In this document: positions 1 through 15,288 of the stretch, piece after piece | Layout: each line of letters opens with the position of its first letter | Numbering within the stretch: the stretch's first letter is position 1 | NCBI GenBank assembly: GCA_009914755.4 | Contig: CP068257.2 | Coordinates: forward strand, 19,776,001-19,840,000 | DNA: 64,000 nt | Source of the DNA: the human T2T-CHM13v2.0 reference genome, Homo sapiens | Direction: 5' to 3' | Program-made: the position numbers and the translations under genes | The notes under the pieces: model-generated | What the model was told of the DNA's origin: nothing | What the model saw: the letters and a program-made list of their open reading frames with translations, nothing else | Databases searched by the model: none

Positions 1-137
1 TCCCAGCTACTCAGAAGGCTGAAGCAGGAGAATGGCATCAACCCAGGAGGCGGAGCTTGCAGTGAGCGGAGATTGCACCACTGCACTCCAGCCTGGGCGA
101 CAGGGCGAGACTCCGTCTCAAAAAGAAAAAAAAAAAA
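1..137 (+). mobile_element. Alu right arm, truncated by the window edge, ending in a poly-A tail.
   Basis: The sequence tcccagctactc...gcagtgagc.gagattgcaccactgcactccagcctgggcgacag.gcgagactccgtctcaaaaa is Alu consensus, followed by an A-run. Confidence 0.95.
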
Positions 138-260
138 TACACGAAATTAGAATTATGTGGCTTCTTTTTATACAGTAGAAATAACTAATGCTTATACTAC
201 TTAAATGATTATTTAACTTAAAGAAAATGCCTATAATTATTTTATTATATTGTATTACAG

Positions 261-448
261 ATGCCCCCAAGTTTATATCAAACCAAACAATTTATTACTC
301 TTGGGAAGGAAATCCTATCAATATAAGTTGTGATGTGAAATCGAATCCACCAGCATCAATTCACTGGAGAAGAGATAAATTAGTCTTACCTGCTAAAAAC
401 ACGACCAATTTAAAGACTTATAGTACAGGAAGAAAGATGATATTAGAG
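261..448 (+). CDS. NCAM2: NCAM2 coding exon, first half of Ig-like C2-type domain 5. Translation is (D)[62 protein letters not shown]. It enters in phase 1 (the G of the previous exon plus AT gives Asp) and ends in phase 0.
   Basis: The ORF-track frame 227..547 contains this peptide. A polypyrimidine tract and acceptor ttattacAG end at 260, and the donor GTAAGT begins at 449. The peptide is a clear paralogue of NCAM1 Ig5 (DAPKLQGPVAVYTWEGNQVNITCEV...), with the Ig cysteine (NISCDV) and N-glycosylation sites NQT, NIS and NTT. The reading frame continues exactly into the next exon. Confidence 0.9.
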
Positions 449-713
449 GTAAGTCCACATGTATACATCAATAAATTGTATTATTTTAACAACTATCTAC
501 TATTTCAGAATATATTTAAATATCTTCATATGCATATATATATATAATAAGAGAGAGAAATCATGGTGTATATATTTTACAGTTATTTACTTAAAGGTCC
601 ATGGCTCATTAATGATGAGTGTATGAATGTCTATTCACTTATATAGCAATGTGGCTATATAGCAAAGACCATTATTTTTATAAATGCACTTTTAGGAATA
701 AAAACAATTATAT

Positions 714-1375
<662 letters not shown>

Positions 1376-2169
1376 TTGTCTTCAATGTTGATGTTTTCAT
1401 TGATTCCATGTGGTATAGCTTTTTTTTCTTTTCAGTCTGGCAGGTATAAATGCTATCTGTTGGCTAGATTTTTACAATTCTAGTGTAAATTCCAAAATAA
1501 ATGAAATTTACTTGTTCAGTATCTTTTGTTTTATTACTAAAAATAAGATTTTGTATAATTATTTTTATATTGCCAAGTAATTGGCCTTTAAATACTGTCT
1601 GAATAAAGTGCCTCTTATTTATTAATTGGAGTGTATGTGTGTATCAATTTCCGAAACATAAAAAAATCTATGAAAATGATCATCACCCTTTCCAAATTAT
1701 GATGCGGTTAGGAAAATTGGGAATCTTTTTCACACAGCCTTATTTGCTGAAAGGTTGCTACATTTTATTCACTAATTCAGTTTGCATAAGCTAAAATGAA
1801 ATGCACGTTTTAGAATACCGTCTAATATCCATACTGCCTTAACTTAAAATGTCCTCATTGATGCCATTTAGACTTAAAAAAAATTCGTTTGATAGGAGGA
1901 TTTAGCCATCATGTCTGCAAATACTTGCATAGCTGGCTGGTTGGTAATTAAACCGCTATGTCTAAATCAATTTCAATATAAATAAGTTTCTTTGGAAATA
2001 TTTTAGAAGAATTAGCTATTTGTGACTTGACAGGGATGTCAATTTCATAAAAACATCTGGACAGTTTTAATCTAAATTTTATGTGTTTTACCTTAGTGAA
2101 AAGCTCAGGTTAGATTTAACTTGTTTTGTGTAGTGTGTAGTCTCCTTGAATACTTTAATAAAATACTAT

Positions 2170-2520
2170 AGACAGGATGGTTGAAATCACAGAAATTTGT
2201 TCTGAGTTCTGGAGGATAGAGGTTCAATATCATGGTGCCTGCCAGGTTGCTTTCTATAGAGGACTCTTCCCTGGACTTGTACTTGGCCGCCTTCTTGCTG
2301 TGTCCTCACATGCCCTTTCCTCTGTGCGCACACAGAGTTCTGGTGTCTTCCTTTTCTTGTAAGGATACCAGTCCTGTTGGATTAGGTCCCACTCTTATTA
2401 CCTCGTTTAACCTTAATTACCTTCTTAAAGATCCTATCTCCAAATTCATTCACACCGGAATTTAGGGTTTCAGTATATGAATGGGCAGAGTGAGGAGGCG
2501 GGCATTTCAGTCCATAGAAA
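2170..2520 (+). mobile_element. Fragment of an ancient MaLR/ERVL-type LTR (MLT1-like).
   Basis: It contains the family signature ...gttctggagg...atcatggtgcctgccagg...cttgctgtgtcctcacatg...tataaggataccagtcctgttggattaggtcccactcttat.acctc.tttaaccttaattacct.cttaaag..cctatctccaaat...ggtttcagtatatgaat. Classification is from memory, without a database. Confidence 0.5.
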
Positions 2521-4546
2521 GTAGATTGAATTTCGTGAGTAAATGACAGACTAATGTGTAATTTCTGCTTTACTTCATCTTGACATTTTTTAGTTCCTCA
2601 GCCAACTCATAATTCTCTATATTTAATGTGAAGGGACATTTTATACATACAACATAGTATATAGTGTATGCTATTTAAACTTCTGCCTAAAGACATCCCT
2701 CTGCACTCCAAAATAAAATTTTAAAAAACCCACAATTTTTGCCTACTTGACACACAGCCAGGTGATCTGTTGGCTAAACCACTGACTTTAAACAGACATG
2801 TTTATGTGTATACTCTCACAAATTAAATTTAAATTCTGAATGAAAAATATAAATGTGTGATTAACACAACTTGAAAACATAGCATAACAAAATAACAATA
2901 ATATAAAGAGAAAGCAACAATGAGCATTACTAATATTTAATTATTAGTATATACAGTTGCTTGAGACAGTTACTTTTGTTTAGTAATTATTGTAAAAGTC
3001 ATATATGTGCTAATTCTTTAGAATATAAAAGGAAATATAGGAAAAGTTTACACTTAACAAGTTGTCAGTAATAAATTTATTGAATTGTTTTAAAGATTTT
3101 TTCTTTAAGTATATATATTCAAACTTTTAAAATTGTGTGTTTTAAAACATAACCAAATATTCAATAAATTATTTAAGTTACTGCCAATAAATGCCTCTGT
3201 AATCTGTAAAGGTCAAGGTCATCAAAACTTTATTTTTTTAACTGACCACATCCTGAGGAAATTACAAAACTTTTCAATATGTGGGCAAACATTGAAAGAA
3301 GGATTGGTTTTAATAGGTTTGTTAGAATAATATTGTGCTTTGCATTGTCTGTATCTTTGTTTCATATCCTAAATAGGGGTGCTTACTGTTGTGTCCATGA
3401 CTTTCTTATCATGGAATACATAGAAGAAATAAATATTTTTAGGTTTAAGAAAAAGACTAGCAAGCTTCTTGATTAATATTATACACTTAGCTTATATTTA
3501 GATATTCAAAACTATATTTGTTAGTTCACTATACTCTGTCCAAACCTAATATCATTAATTAATATCAGCATTTTTAGCTGGATACAGATATACCTTGGAG
3601 ATATTGCAGGTTTAGTTCCAAGAGCACCTCAATAAAGTAAATATCTCTATAAAGCCAGTCACACAAATTTTTGCTTTTTTCAGTGCATATAAAAGTTATG
3701 TTGGCACTATAGTCTATTAAGTGTGCAAAAGCATGATGTATAAAAGGTCTACATAACATAACTGAAAAATAATTACTAAAATTTTCTGGGAATAATTTGA
3801 GATTTAAGCAAGTTGTAACTTTTTTCATTGGTGAAGCGTTTTGTCGCAAGGTTGATGGCTGCTTACTGATCATAATGTTGATTGCTGAAGGTTGGAGTGG
3901 CTGTGGCAGTTTATTAAAATAAGGCAACAGTGAAGCACTTTGTTAATTAACACTTCCTTTCATGAAAGATCTCTGTGTAGCAGGTGATGCTATAAGGCTA
4001 ACAGCATATAATACTGTTTGTTAGGAATTACCTATAGCAGAACATCTTTCAAAAATGAAGTAAATCCTCTCAAACCCTGTCACCGCTTTATCAACTAAGT
4101 TTATGTAATATTCTAAATCTTTGGTTATCATTTCAACATTTTTCAGGCATCTTCAGCAGGAGTAAATTCTACCACCAGAAACCACTTTATTTGCTCCTCC
4201 ATGAAGAGCAATTTTCCCATCTGTTAGAGTTTTATCATCAGATTGCAGCAATTCATTCACTTCTTCAGGCTCCATTTCTAATTCTAGCTCTCTATTTCCA
4301 CCGCATCTGCAGTTACTTCCTTCACTGAAGTCTTGAACCCCTCAAAGTCATCCATGAGGGTTGGAATCAACTTCTTCCAAATTCTTATTAATGTTGATAT
4401 TTTCACTTTCTCCCATGAGTCACAAATATTCTTAATGGTGTCAGCATGGTGAATCCTTTTCAGAAGATTTTCAGTTGACTTTTCCCAGATCCGTCAGAGG
4501 AATCACTGTTTTATGGCAGCTGAAGCCTTAAATATTGTATTTCTGT

Positions 4547-4858
4547 TTTTTGTTGTGTGTTTTTTTTTTTTTTTTGAGAGGGAGTCTCGCTCTGTCGCCC
4601 AGGCTGGAGTGCAATGGCACGATCTCCACTCACTGCACCTCCGCTTCCCGGGTTCACACCATTCTCCTGCCTCACCCTCCCGAGTAGCTGGGATTACAGG
4701 TGCCTGCCACCACGCCCGGCTATTTTTTTGTATTTTTAGTTGAGACGGAGTTTCACGGTGTTAACCAGGATGGTCTCCATCTCCTGACCTCGTGATCCGC
4801 CTGCCTCGGCCTCCCAAAGTGCTGGGATTACAGGCGTGAGCCACCGCGCCCGGCCACA
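4547..4858 (-). mobile_element. Alu inserted into Tigger1 in antisense orientation (poly-T at 4561-4575), with a target-site duplication attgtatttct.
   Basis: The sequence ttttgagagggagtctcgctctgtcgcccaggctggagtgcaatggc...ggcgtgagccaccgcgcccggcc is reverse-complement Alu. The direct repeat attgtatttct flanks it at about 4534-4546 and about 4859-4871. Confidence 0.93.
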
Positions 4859-5415
4859 AATTGTATTTCTTAAGTACTAGGACTTGAAAGTTGAAATTAC
4901 TCCTTGATCCACAGGCTTCAGAATGGATGTTGGGTTAGCCAGCATGAAAACAACATTAATATCTTTGTATATGTCTATCAGAGCTCTTGGGTGACTAGGT
5001 ACATTGTCAATGAGCACGACTAGTTTGAAGGGAATCTTTTTTTTTTTTTTCTCAGCACTATATCTCAACAGTGGGCTTAAAATATTCAATAAACCAGGCT
5101 GTAAACAGATGTTCTGTCAACCAGGCTTAGTTTTCCCATGGATAGAACACAGGCAGAGTCGATTTAGCATAATTCTTAAAGACCCTAGGATTTTCATAAC
5201 GATAAATGAATGAACAATGGCTTGAACTTAAGTCACTAGCTGTATTGGCCCCTAACAAGAGATTCAACAGGTCCTTGGAAGTTTGAACCCTGCCCTTTAC
5301 ATCTCCTCTCTAGCTATAAAAGTCTAGATGGCATCTTCTTGCAATAGAAAACTGTTTCATCTACTTTAAATTCTATTTTTTAGTGTAGTCAATTCCATCA
5401 ATGATCTTAGCTTGA

Positions 5416-5719
<304 letters not shown>

Positions 5720-6960
5720 CTTAGCTTGATCTTCTGGATAACATGCTGCAGCTTCTACATCAGCACTTGCTGCTCCACCTTGTATTTTTATGTTATAAAG
5801 ATGGCTTCTTCCCTTAAGCCTCATGAACTAACCCCTGCCAGCTTCAAACTCTTCTTCTGCACCTTCCTCACCTCTGTCAGCCTTCATTGAATTGAGGCAT
5901 GTTAGATCTTTGCTCTGGCTTGGGCTTTGGCTTAAGGGAGTATTGTGGTTGGCTTTGTCTTCTATCCAGGCCAACAAAATATTTCTCCATAACATGAGTA
6001 AGGCTGTTTAGCTTTCTTATCATTTGTGAGTCCACTAGCGTAGTACTTTAGATTTTTTTCAGGAACTCTCTCTTCACATTTACCACTTGGCTGTTTGTTG
6101 CAATAGGCTTCTGTTTTAGCCTATCTTGGTTTTGTCATGCCTTCCTCACTAAGCTTCATCATGTTTAGCTTTTGATTTAATGTGGGAGATGTGTGACTCT
6201 TCCTTTAACATGAACACCTAGAGACCATTGTAGGATTATGATTTGGCCTAATTTTAATATTATTGTGTCTCACAGAATAAGGAAGCCAAAGAGGGAGAGA
6301 GATGAGGGTACGGCCAGTCAGTGGAGCAATCAGAACACACATTTATCAATTAAGTTCACTGTCTTAGGGGCACAGTTTGTGGTTCTCCAAAACAGTTACA
6401 ATAGTACCATCAAAGATTACTGATCACAGATCACCATAGCAAATTTAATAATAATGCAAAGTTTAAAATATTGAGAGAATTACCAAAAAGTCAGAGAGAC
6501 AGGACATGGGCAACTGTTGTTGAAAAAATGGTGCTGTTAGATTGCTTAATGCAGGATTGCTACAAACCTTCAATTTGTGAAAAAAAAAAAGAAAAGAAAA
6601 AAGAAAAACACTATCTTTCAAGCATGGCAAAGTAAGACACAATAAAACAGGTATGCCTATATTTAAATATGAAGAAATAGTTTTATCAGTAGATGTTTCT
6701 AGTAGATGTTTATCAGTGGGTGTTTATCAGTAGATGTTTCTTGATTAATATTTTCAATGCTTTGCACATTTTAAACATTTAAATATTTTTACTTAATGGT
6801 CTATAATATACCCTCGTTATATTATCTTATATTTTCATAAAATTATATAACATTTCATTGTGCTGGGTTTAAGTGTAAAACCACTATTGGACTTTAGTTT
6901 TATGTTGCTTTCCTAGAATACATCAAATAAGCTTCAGGGTACATGATTTGGCCAGATTAT

Positions 6961-7000
6961 ATCTAGAGCATGTGTGTGGATGTGTGTGTGTGTGTCTTAA
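6961..7000. repeat. (GT)n microsatellite.
   Basis: catgtgtgtggatgtgtgtgtgtgtgtc. Confidence 0.9.
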
Positions 7001-8149
7001 TCTATGTCGTGATGGGTGTTTTCTTTATTTATTAAGCATACAACATGATAAAAGGTTGCTTATTTAAGATGAACTTTTATCTGTTGATAGCTGAACTCCC
7101 AGGAACAACAACAAAAAAATGAATTGAGCTTTTAAGAAATTGTTCCAATGAAAATGGCTCTATTTAAATTATTAATCTTAAGGAGCTGTGTAATAGTCAC
7201 ATTTCTTTGTTGTGGCTATCCTGTCTTGGCATTATATTGATTCAATAAACACATTCTTCTCTGTTGAATTTGCAAATAACTTTCTCATATGCATGTAGAA
7301 TAAGAATTTTTTGTTAAATCTCTTTCTCATTAGAACAATTAGTTTAGAGTTAAATTAGCCTTGCTTATTAAAAGCTACACATAAGGAAAATGAATATTTT
7401 AATCACTTAGCAGTAATTATGTAAGAGCTGTTACAAATTCTAAGCTTATTCCTATGATCTGTTTCTAGATGGACAGCTGACTAGAAAACGAATGACACAG
7501 CTTTTCTGTACTCTTTCAGAATTATCATCTTCAATGGGCCTCAAAATTGCACTCTTAGTTAATAGCCTCCCATTACTACAAAATCATTTTTCCCTCTTTT
7601 GGGATAGAGTTGAAATTAACAGCAACTCTTGTAGGCATATTCTCTCTTAATAATAGTTACAGAGATTGAAAATTATATCTATTACTATCATCAAATCTCT
7701 TATCTAAATTGATACTTCAGAATTTCTGTACATTAGAATTACAGGGTTTGTCTCAGTGTTCACCAATAGAATCCCCGAAGGTTAACTTAATTATGGATTT
7801 CAAATGTATAAGGATAGAGGTCAGCTATTTTCTACCTAGAGTGAAAAAGAATGGTAGGAATTGAACAGAAATGGAAGCAAGATACTGTTATTAGATAGCG
7901 AGAAAAAGTGCCTGTCTATGAGTATTGTTGCAAAGAGTAACATTTTATTGCACAGTATGTTCCTGGAAAGATTTCATTAAGAATGATCCTTCCTCCTTCG
8001 TTAGTATTATATGTTCAATAAACTCAAAACAGGGAGAGAAATATCACATATCTGGAGACTTTGTTGAACATTAAAGCAAACTGATCTGAGGCCAAAACAT
8101 AAAAAACAGTTAACAATGCTTTTATTACAAGCTTCCTGTTTTCAAGTTT

Positions 8150-8225
8150 ACACCTACATTGATTGCAAACTATAGATACATATATATATACGTATACATA
8201 AATATATACACATATATATTTCAAA
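8150..8225. repeat. (TA)n / (CATA)n low-complexity tract.
   Basis: agatacatatatatatacgtatacataaatatatacacatatat; the ORF 8024..8224 (minus strand) is an artefact. Confidence 0.85.
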
Positions 8226-8555
8226 CTGTGTACTACTTTCTGAGCTTTACATATATGTAGATATAATGGTTATGCTATTTAATAGATACATCGAAGTGGT
8301 GCCATTTGTTTACTTAATGAATTAATAGATAAATTCTGATTTGCCTAGTCCTGTGGATATTACGGGCTCATGGATACATCATAAAAGGATTTATATTATT
8401 TAGTAATGCTTACTTAATAAAGAAAATTAAAAATATATGGTAAGGAGTTGTTGGGTAAAAAATGAAATGTGTGAAAGTGGTAGTCATACTGGGGTTTATT
8501 ATAAAACTTCTGTGATGTTTTAGAATTGTAACATTTGTTATTATAATTATTTCAG

Positions 8556-8652
8556 ATTGCACCTACATCTGACAATGACTTTGGACGCTATAATTGCACA
8601 GCCACTAATCATATAGGAACAAGATTTCAAGAATATATTCTTGCTTTGGCTG
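8556..8652 (+). CDS. NCAM2: NCAM2 coding exon, second half of Ig5: [32 protein letters not shown] plus 1 nt. Phase 0 in, phase 1 out.
   Basis: Acceptor tataattatttcAG ends at 8555 and donor GTAAGT is at 8653-8658. The D-x-G-x-Y-x-C Ig motif (DFGRYNCTA) is homologous to NCAM1 DFGNYNCTAVN. The exon is 97 nt, so the trailing G pairs with AC of the next exon to give Asp. Confidence 0.9.
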
Positions 8653-9388
8653 GTAAGTATAGCACAATAATTTTTGAGATCGCACACAATATTTCTGAGA
8701 GCAAATGAAAATTTAAGTTGATAAAGTGGTCTCATTTACATGTGGGATTTAAAACAATGGATCTCTTGGAGATATCAGGTAGACTGTGGTTACCAGGGGC
8801 TTGGTAGTATATTGGGAAGGAGGGAATGAAGAGGGGTTACTCAGGGAGCATAAAACTACAGTTGATTACAAAGAATAAGATATGCTGTTCAGTGGTACGG
8901 TAGGGCTATAATAGTTCACAATAAGTTATTGCATATTTCAAAGTAGAAGAATATATTTGGAATGCTCCAAGCACAAAGAAATGACAATTGTATGAAAGAA
9001 CAGACATGCCAGTTACTCAGATTTGATCATTATATATTGTCTGCTTATATTAAATAGTCACATGTTCCCTGTAAATATGTACAACAATTTTGCATGCATA
9101 AAAATTTTCCAAAACCTTAGACTTTAGCGTGTCTATAACAAAAATATGAACTTCCAAAAAGTGGGTGTCATGTAATTTTAAATGTTAGCAAAGAATATAT
9201 TTTACATTTTTATAGGTAACAATACAGATTGCTTTTTATAAAGAATGAATCACTTTTAAAAACTTCAAACCATTGTATCTGCTATACAGTGAGCATGTAC
9301 AATGTATTTACTCATCAGGATTGATTTTAAAACCTGATTCTAATCCCTCCAACTTAAAAGTGAGATATTTGTGAAAGAAATAGGGAAC

Positions 9389-10125
9389 TTTTTTTTTTTT
9401 TTTTTTTTTGGATGTTAGGAACGGTCATGGTTTTTTTTTTCGATTTTTTTTTATTATTATACTTTAAGTTTTAGGGTACATGTACACAATTTGCAGGTTA
9501 GTTACATATGTATACACGTGCCATGCTGGTGTGCTGCACCCATTAACTCGTCATTTAGCATTAGGTATATCTCCTAATGCTATCCCTCCTCCCTCCCCCC
9601 ACCCCACAATAGTCCCTGGAGTGTGATGCTCCCCTTCCTGTGTCCATGTGTTCTCATTGTTCAGTTCCCACCTATGAGTGAGAACAGGCGGTGTTTGGTT
9701 TTTTGTCCTTGTGATAGTTTGCTGAGAATGATGGTTTCCAGTTTCATCCATGTCCCTACAGAGGACATGAACTCTTCATTTTTTATGGCTGCATAGTATT
9801 CCATGGTGTATATGTGCCACATTTTCTTAATCCAGTCTATCATTGCTGGACACTTGGGTTGGTTCCAAGTCTTTGCTATTGTGAATAGTGCCGCGATAAA
9901 CATACGCGTGCATGTGTCTTTATAGCAGCATGATTTATAATCCTTTGGGTATATACCCAGTAATGGGATGGCTGGGTCAAATGGTATTTCTAGTTCTAGA
10001 TCCCTGAGGAATCGTCACACTGACTTCCACAATGGTTGAACTAGTTTACAGTCCCACCAACAGTGTAAAAGTGTTCCTATTTCTCCACATCCTCTCCAGC
10101 ACCTGTTGTTTCCTGACTTTTAAAA
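9389..10125 (-). mobile_element. L1 3'-terminal fragment (about 0.67 kb of ORF2 end plus 3'UTR), antisense on the + strand, with its poly-A tail seen as poly-T at 9389-9455.
   Basis: Its reverse complement matches the L1PA 3' end: ...ggaacacttttacactgttggtgggactgtaaactagttcaaccattgtggaagtcagtgtg...gggtatatacccaa...catgtaccctaaaacttaaagtataataa. The ORFs 9551..9751 and 9661..9903 on the minus strand are L1 ORF2 C-terminus (MIDWIKKMWHIYTMEYYAAIKNEEFMSS...). Confidence 0.92.
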
Positions 10126-12254
10126 AATTAAATTATATTTCAAGTAAAGAGAGAATCCTGATGAAAAAATTAAAAAGCAAAACACTCTGAGAAAAAATGA
10201 ACTATAATAATATATTTTAAACTTTTAGACTTGAAAGTACAAAGAGCTATCTTACTTCTGAAGGAAAATAGAAAATTGAAGGTTACATAAATTTGTTGAA
10301 AATATTTTATTTTGTATGTATATGTTAATATTCTAGTTTTACCTCTAAAACTTAAAGATATAGAAATAACAACATATAGAATAAAAAATTCATACAAACC
10401 AGAAAGCCAGATATTGTTTACTTATTTATAAAATTTGCCATTATGTTTTACAAGACTGATAAGGAATCCTAAAATACATTTTAAAAAATAGTTTATGTAG
10501 CTCAAATGGAAAAAATGTGATTTACAGTCTTCTAAGACTAGGTAAAGTAATATCAGAAAATTATTGTAATATTATATTTTAACAGACTTAAAAGCATCTG
10601 TAAAGAAATTTTATAACCTTTTCAGGTAGAGATTTTATTTATAACTTTAATTTTATATTAAGTTCAGAAAAATGTTCATTTTTACTGCTGTATAAATATA
10701 TTCTAAATATTAATGTCATTGATCGTAAAGGCCAAGAAGGGAAATTTTTAAGCTAATAATGTCAAATTATTATGTAACTTAGAGAACCTGCTATTCTCCA
10801 ATTCAGGTTTTACTGCATTGATAGAGAAGGGAGAAAAGAGATTACATGGAAGGAATTGATGGAAGAAGGCAGGGAGAAAAAAAATCAAGATAAGTGAGTT
10901 TAGAAATGTGAAGAGACTGTTATACAAGCAAATTAAATTATAAGAAAATGAAGTGTGCTAATTCTCACCAAAATGCATAGATAATAAATTGAAGAATCAA
11001 CTGTACTAATAAGAAACATTCACTACTCAAATTAATTCCAAGCCTTTGGAAATTATGCAACTTTTCTTTAAATTAGTATATAATTTTATAAATAATTAGA
11101 TATAGGATCAATATATGTATATATAATGTTATTAATATTGATCCAGTATTGTATATTGCCATTTCGTAAATGATGTGTTTTTCGATTAGGTACAACTTAA
11201 TAAATGACCAGAATTTTTAGGAGGGTGTATTAATATTTGGTATTTAAAACATTATGTTGATTAGGTTTAAATAATTCCATGAACTTCACAGGTAGTATTT
11301 AATGTGCATGTACCTTTGTATCTCACAATACTTACTGCAATATTGTTCATTGAAAAATATATTTGATTCCTATCCTTCTAGTGACTATATTAAATTACTG
11401 AGTTTTCTTCTGTCCAAACATAATAAAAATTAAAGTTTTTCATCAAAGCTGAGTTAGAAAATATTGGAAATTTTTTTGAATATTTTTCAGCAATTTTCCT
11501 AATATTCCAAATTTTATACAATTCCAGGCTAAGAATTTGTTTTAGAAAAAGGTGGATTCAGTTGAAATTGTAATGAAGATATAAAAATGATTCAGACAGT
11601 CAGCCTTAGATGGGAAACATGCATTTAAATATCAACATTTATAAATATGCTTTATTTTATGGTACTCTTATTTAATACTAATATTTGGTAGAAAACAATC
11701 TGTCCTGCAGAATCCTAACACTGAAACTATACTGTGATTTTAAATAAGATGTAAGACATTTATTATATAAAAAATTAAATATTTCCTAATATATGAGGAT
11801 ACCACAGTTTAAGATTTCATTGGCCTATTTGCCTTGTAAAAGGTCAAGATCATTTGGCATATGGTATTTTACAGTGTAAGAGAATACCTTACTTCCAAAG
11901 GGAATTAATTAGAGCCAAAATGTAGTGTGAAATTTTTGTACACATTCAGTGGTAATATAGGAAACAATTACTTTTTCAGCATTCAGAAACATTTTTTCCT
12001 TTTTTCCTCCCATTTGTCCTCCTTTCCTTCTTTTTTCCTTGCATTTTCCCTTTTTAATAACTTAGCCCTACATCGGAATGAGGTAGGCATCTGTGTAGGA
12101 GTAGGGTGAAGCACAGAAGCCTGGCATGGGATGTGAAAGCCTGAGCAGAGTGAATGGAGTGGAAGGAGTGTTGCAGGGGTCCAGTGTTGAGTGTTGGGAT
12201 CCAGAGAGGGTAAAAAGAGTGCCCACTTGCCAAGACAGAAACAGCAACCCAAAC

Positions 12255-12545
12255 AGGCTTGTTGGAGGCCATTCACCTAAGTGAAACAACTCAAAAACAG
12301 AAATTCAAATACTGCATGTTCTCACTTGTAAGTGGGAGCTTAACAGTGTGTACACACATGGAAAAATAGACACTGGAGACTCCCAAAGGTGGGAGGCTGG
12401 GAGAGAGGGGAAGATTGAAACATTACTTGTTGGATGCAATGTTCAATATTCTAGTGATGGATACACTAAAAGCCCAAACTTTGCTAGTACATAATATGTG
12501 ATTGTAAGAAAACCCCCTACACCTATAAAAATAATATAAAAATGA
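12255..12545 (+). mobile_element. Old L1 (L1MA/L1PB-like) 3' end, + orientation.
   Basis: ggccattcacctaagtgaaacaactcaaaaacagaaattcaaatactgcatgttctcacttgtaagtgggagcttaac...ctacacctataaaaataa resembles the terminal ~300 bp of older L1 subfamilies. Confidence 0.75.
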
Positions 12546-14840
12546 AATATTTTTGAAATGGAAGTAAAATGTATATGTGTTTGGTTTAAGTCAGTTAACC
12601 CTAAGCAAGGACTTTCCATTAAACCCTGACTTCCTATTAATGAGCAGGAGTTGACGTAGTCTTCTTTTACCTATCTCCTCTGTTTTTAGAACATTGGGGG
12701 GAAAAAGTAATCTTTCTATGTTGTTACAGAAATATGAAATATTTCACATATGTGCTTGATAATTTTGTTTTCTTAACTTTTAATCCAAATATTAACTAGA
12801 AATATAAGACAGACAAATACGTATATATTTTAAGACTTCACCATAAAGTTGGTTTTTAAAATGTACCTCCTAGGTGTTGATCCTGCTTTCTAGTAGGAAG
12901 CATTCTCTATTTGGATTGAAGTACATATCTTGAATCAAATTAAAGTTGTACAGCATGTAAGGCTAAATAAAAGTTTGACTATATAGTGTTATTTCTTCCT
13001 TACAATTTTCTACTTCCAAAAGATGATTATCTGACAAGGCATTCTGTATATTTATATGCATATTTATTATTTCTTTTCTTAAAAAATCATTACCCTACAT
13101 TTTAAATATTATTATCAAGTAATTTCATTTATATATTTTTAAATTTCTTAATTTGTTTCATCATTGTTATATTTTTAACTGTTGAACTTTTTTATATTAA
13201 ACCTTAACCCTAAATAAAATAATCACACCTTTGTTTCATTAATTGATGCAGGTTTCTGATAAAGTCACCTTCTCTTGGGCAATTTTATGGGAGGGACTTG
13301 GCTGTTAGCTGTCATCAGGTAGTATGTCCAGCCCCTGGGGAATGAGAGCCTCAGCTCTTTAAGAGTTTCTGTGCAGTCATTCCAAGAGGTACCTGGTAAC
13401 AGTATTGTGACAACTAAGTGAGTTAATGCATTCAAGCACCCAGCACATGACAAGTACTCAACAAATATTAGGTAGGTATTATTATGGCCTAATTATAGTT
13501 CATATTGGTCACTTTTCTTTTGGATAGAAGTCAGTACCTTGATACCTCTTTAGTTATTATACATCAATCTAGACATCAAGGACCAAGGCTTAGTAAAATG
13601 AGATAATGACCTTACTTATTCTGAACATTATACTTCTATTAAATAATGTTAAATTCATTTGACTTTTGTTATTTTTTTCCATTTAGGAGCTTGTACTACC
13701 AATTTTTTACACAAACTGCTATTAAGGGAGGTCTCTGATACTGTGCTTCACAATTGATTTTTTTTAACCTCAGTTCAGGACTCTATACTTACCCCTATTA
13801 AATCTCATCTTGTCAGTTTTGACTCATTTTTTAACCTACTGAAACCCTGTCAAATTCAATATTTTAGCTCTTTTTTTCAGGATTGATTTAAGTCACAAGT
13901 ACAATATCATGAAGCACTCATCTGTATTTTCACCAGAGTCAGGATTAGCCTGTATAAGTCATCCTTGAGAACAGAGATTGGCTTACAGGTTAAACTGGAT
14001 CAATTGAATAGAATTCTAAGATATGGAATTATGGCCGATCTACTGGTCTGTGTACCTAGATTTTATCTTAGCCAGACCTTTGCTCCATAACACTTGAAAG
14101 CATGTTAAAATTAGTTCATTTGGTATCACACTTTCTTCACCTAAATATAACGGCAGGATTCTTTAACATAATCAGTTTTATGATCTAGCCTGGACAAGTC
14201 TACATCTTGATTTTTCAAAGAACTCATTAAGCAAACAGTGATATTCAGAAACTATTCATAATATATTCTTGGTTTTCTCATTCTCATATTGCTATGAAGG
14301 AAAGGAAATCAGGATAACTTGACATTATTTTCAGAGAATCCATGTTTGCATCAATTCCTAATCACTTTTTAATTCATTCACTCAAAAAATATAATGAATT
14401 TCTAGTAGGTACCACACATTGTTCTAGATCTTGGGAATCTGAAGGTAAATAATACATGGCATCTGGTCTTTACACATAAGTTGGAGTTCAAAAGATATAA
14501 GGTTGCTGTAGAAGTGTGAATCAAAGGTTTGGGAGAACAAAAATGAATTCTGATTGGAGTTCTTGGAAAAGGCTTTCAAAAGGTGTCAACTTTTGAATTG
14601 AGTCTGAAAGAGGGAGTAGAAACAGGTCCAGGGAAGATGAAAGGGAAAGACTCAAAGAAACATCAAGGTTACACTTGTACATAGGCACTATGCTCTGAAA
14701 GGATGGGACTGTTAATGAGTAAGGCATTTAATGGAAGACTGGAAGGGTATATTGTATGAGAAGACCAGTGTTGGTAATGTGCTTAGAGAGGTAGAGAGAA
14801 GTTAAGTTATAGATCTTAAAAACATTCATCATGTTTGCAG

Positions 14841-15210
<370 letters not shown>

Positions 15211-15288
15211 TCATAAAGCAACATGATTCATGTATCTTAGAAAATTATCTTGGTGGTGTTCTAGAGACAGATTTCAACATAGAATAAA

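Noticed and set aside
6670-6750. Short tandem array of about 4 copies of (tatcagtagatgttt)
   Set aside because: It is a real but trivial ~15-bp minisatellite of 4 copies with no further structure, noted only for completeness.
12000-12255. GC-rich block with three overlapping minus-strand ORFs (72-97 aa) just upstream of the L1MA 3' end, which could be a CpG-island-like promoter
   Set aside because: No CpG enrichment: very few CG dinucleotides, and it is CT/AG-rich instead. It is contiguous with old L1 3'UTR-like sequence, so it is most likely degraded L1M 3'UTR rather than a regulatory island.
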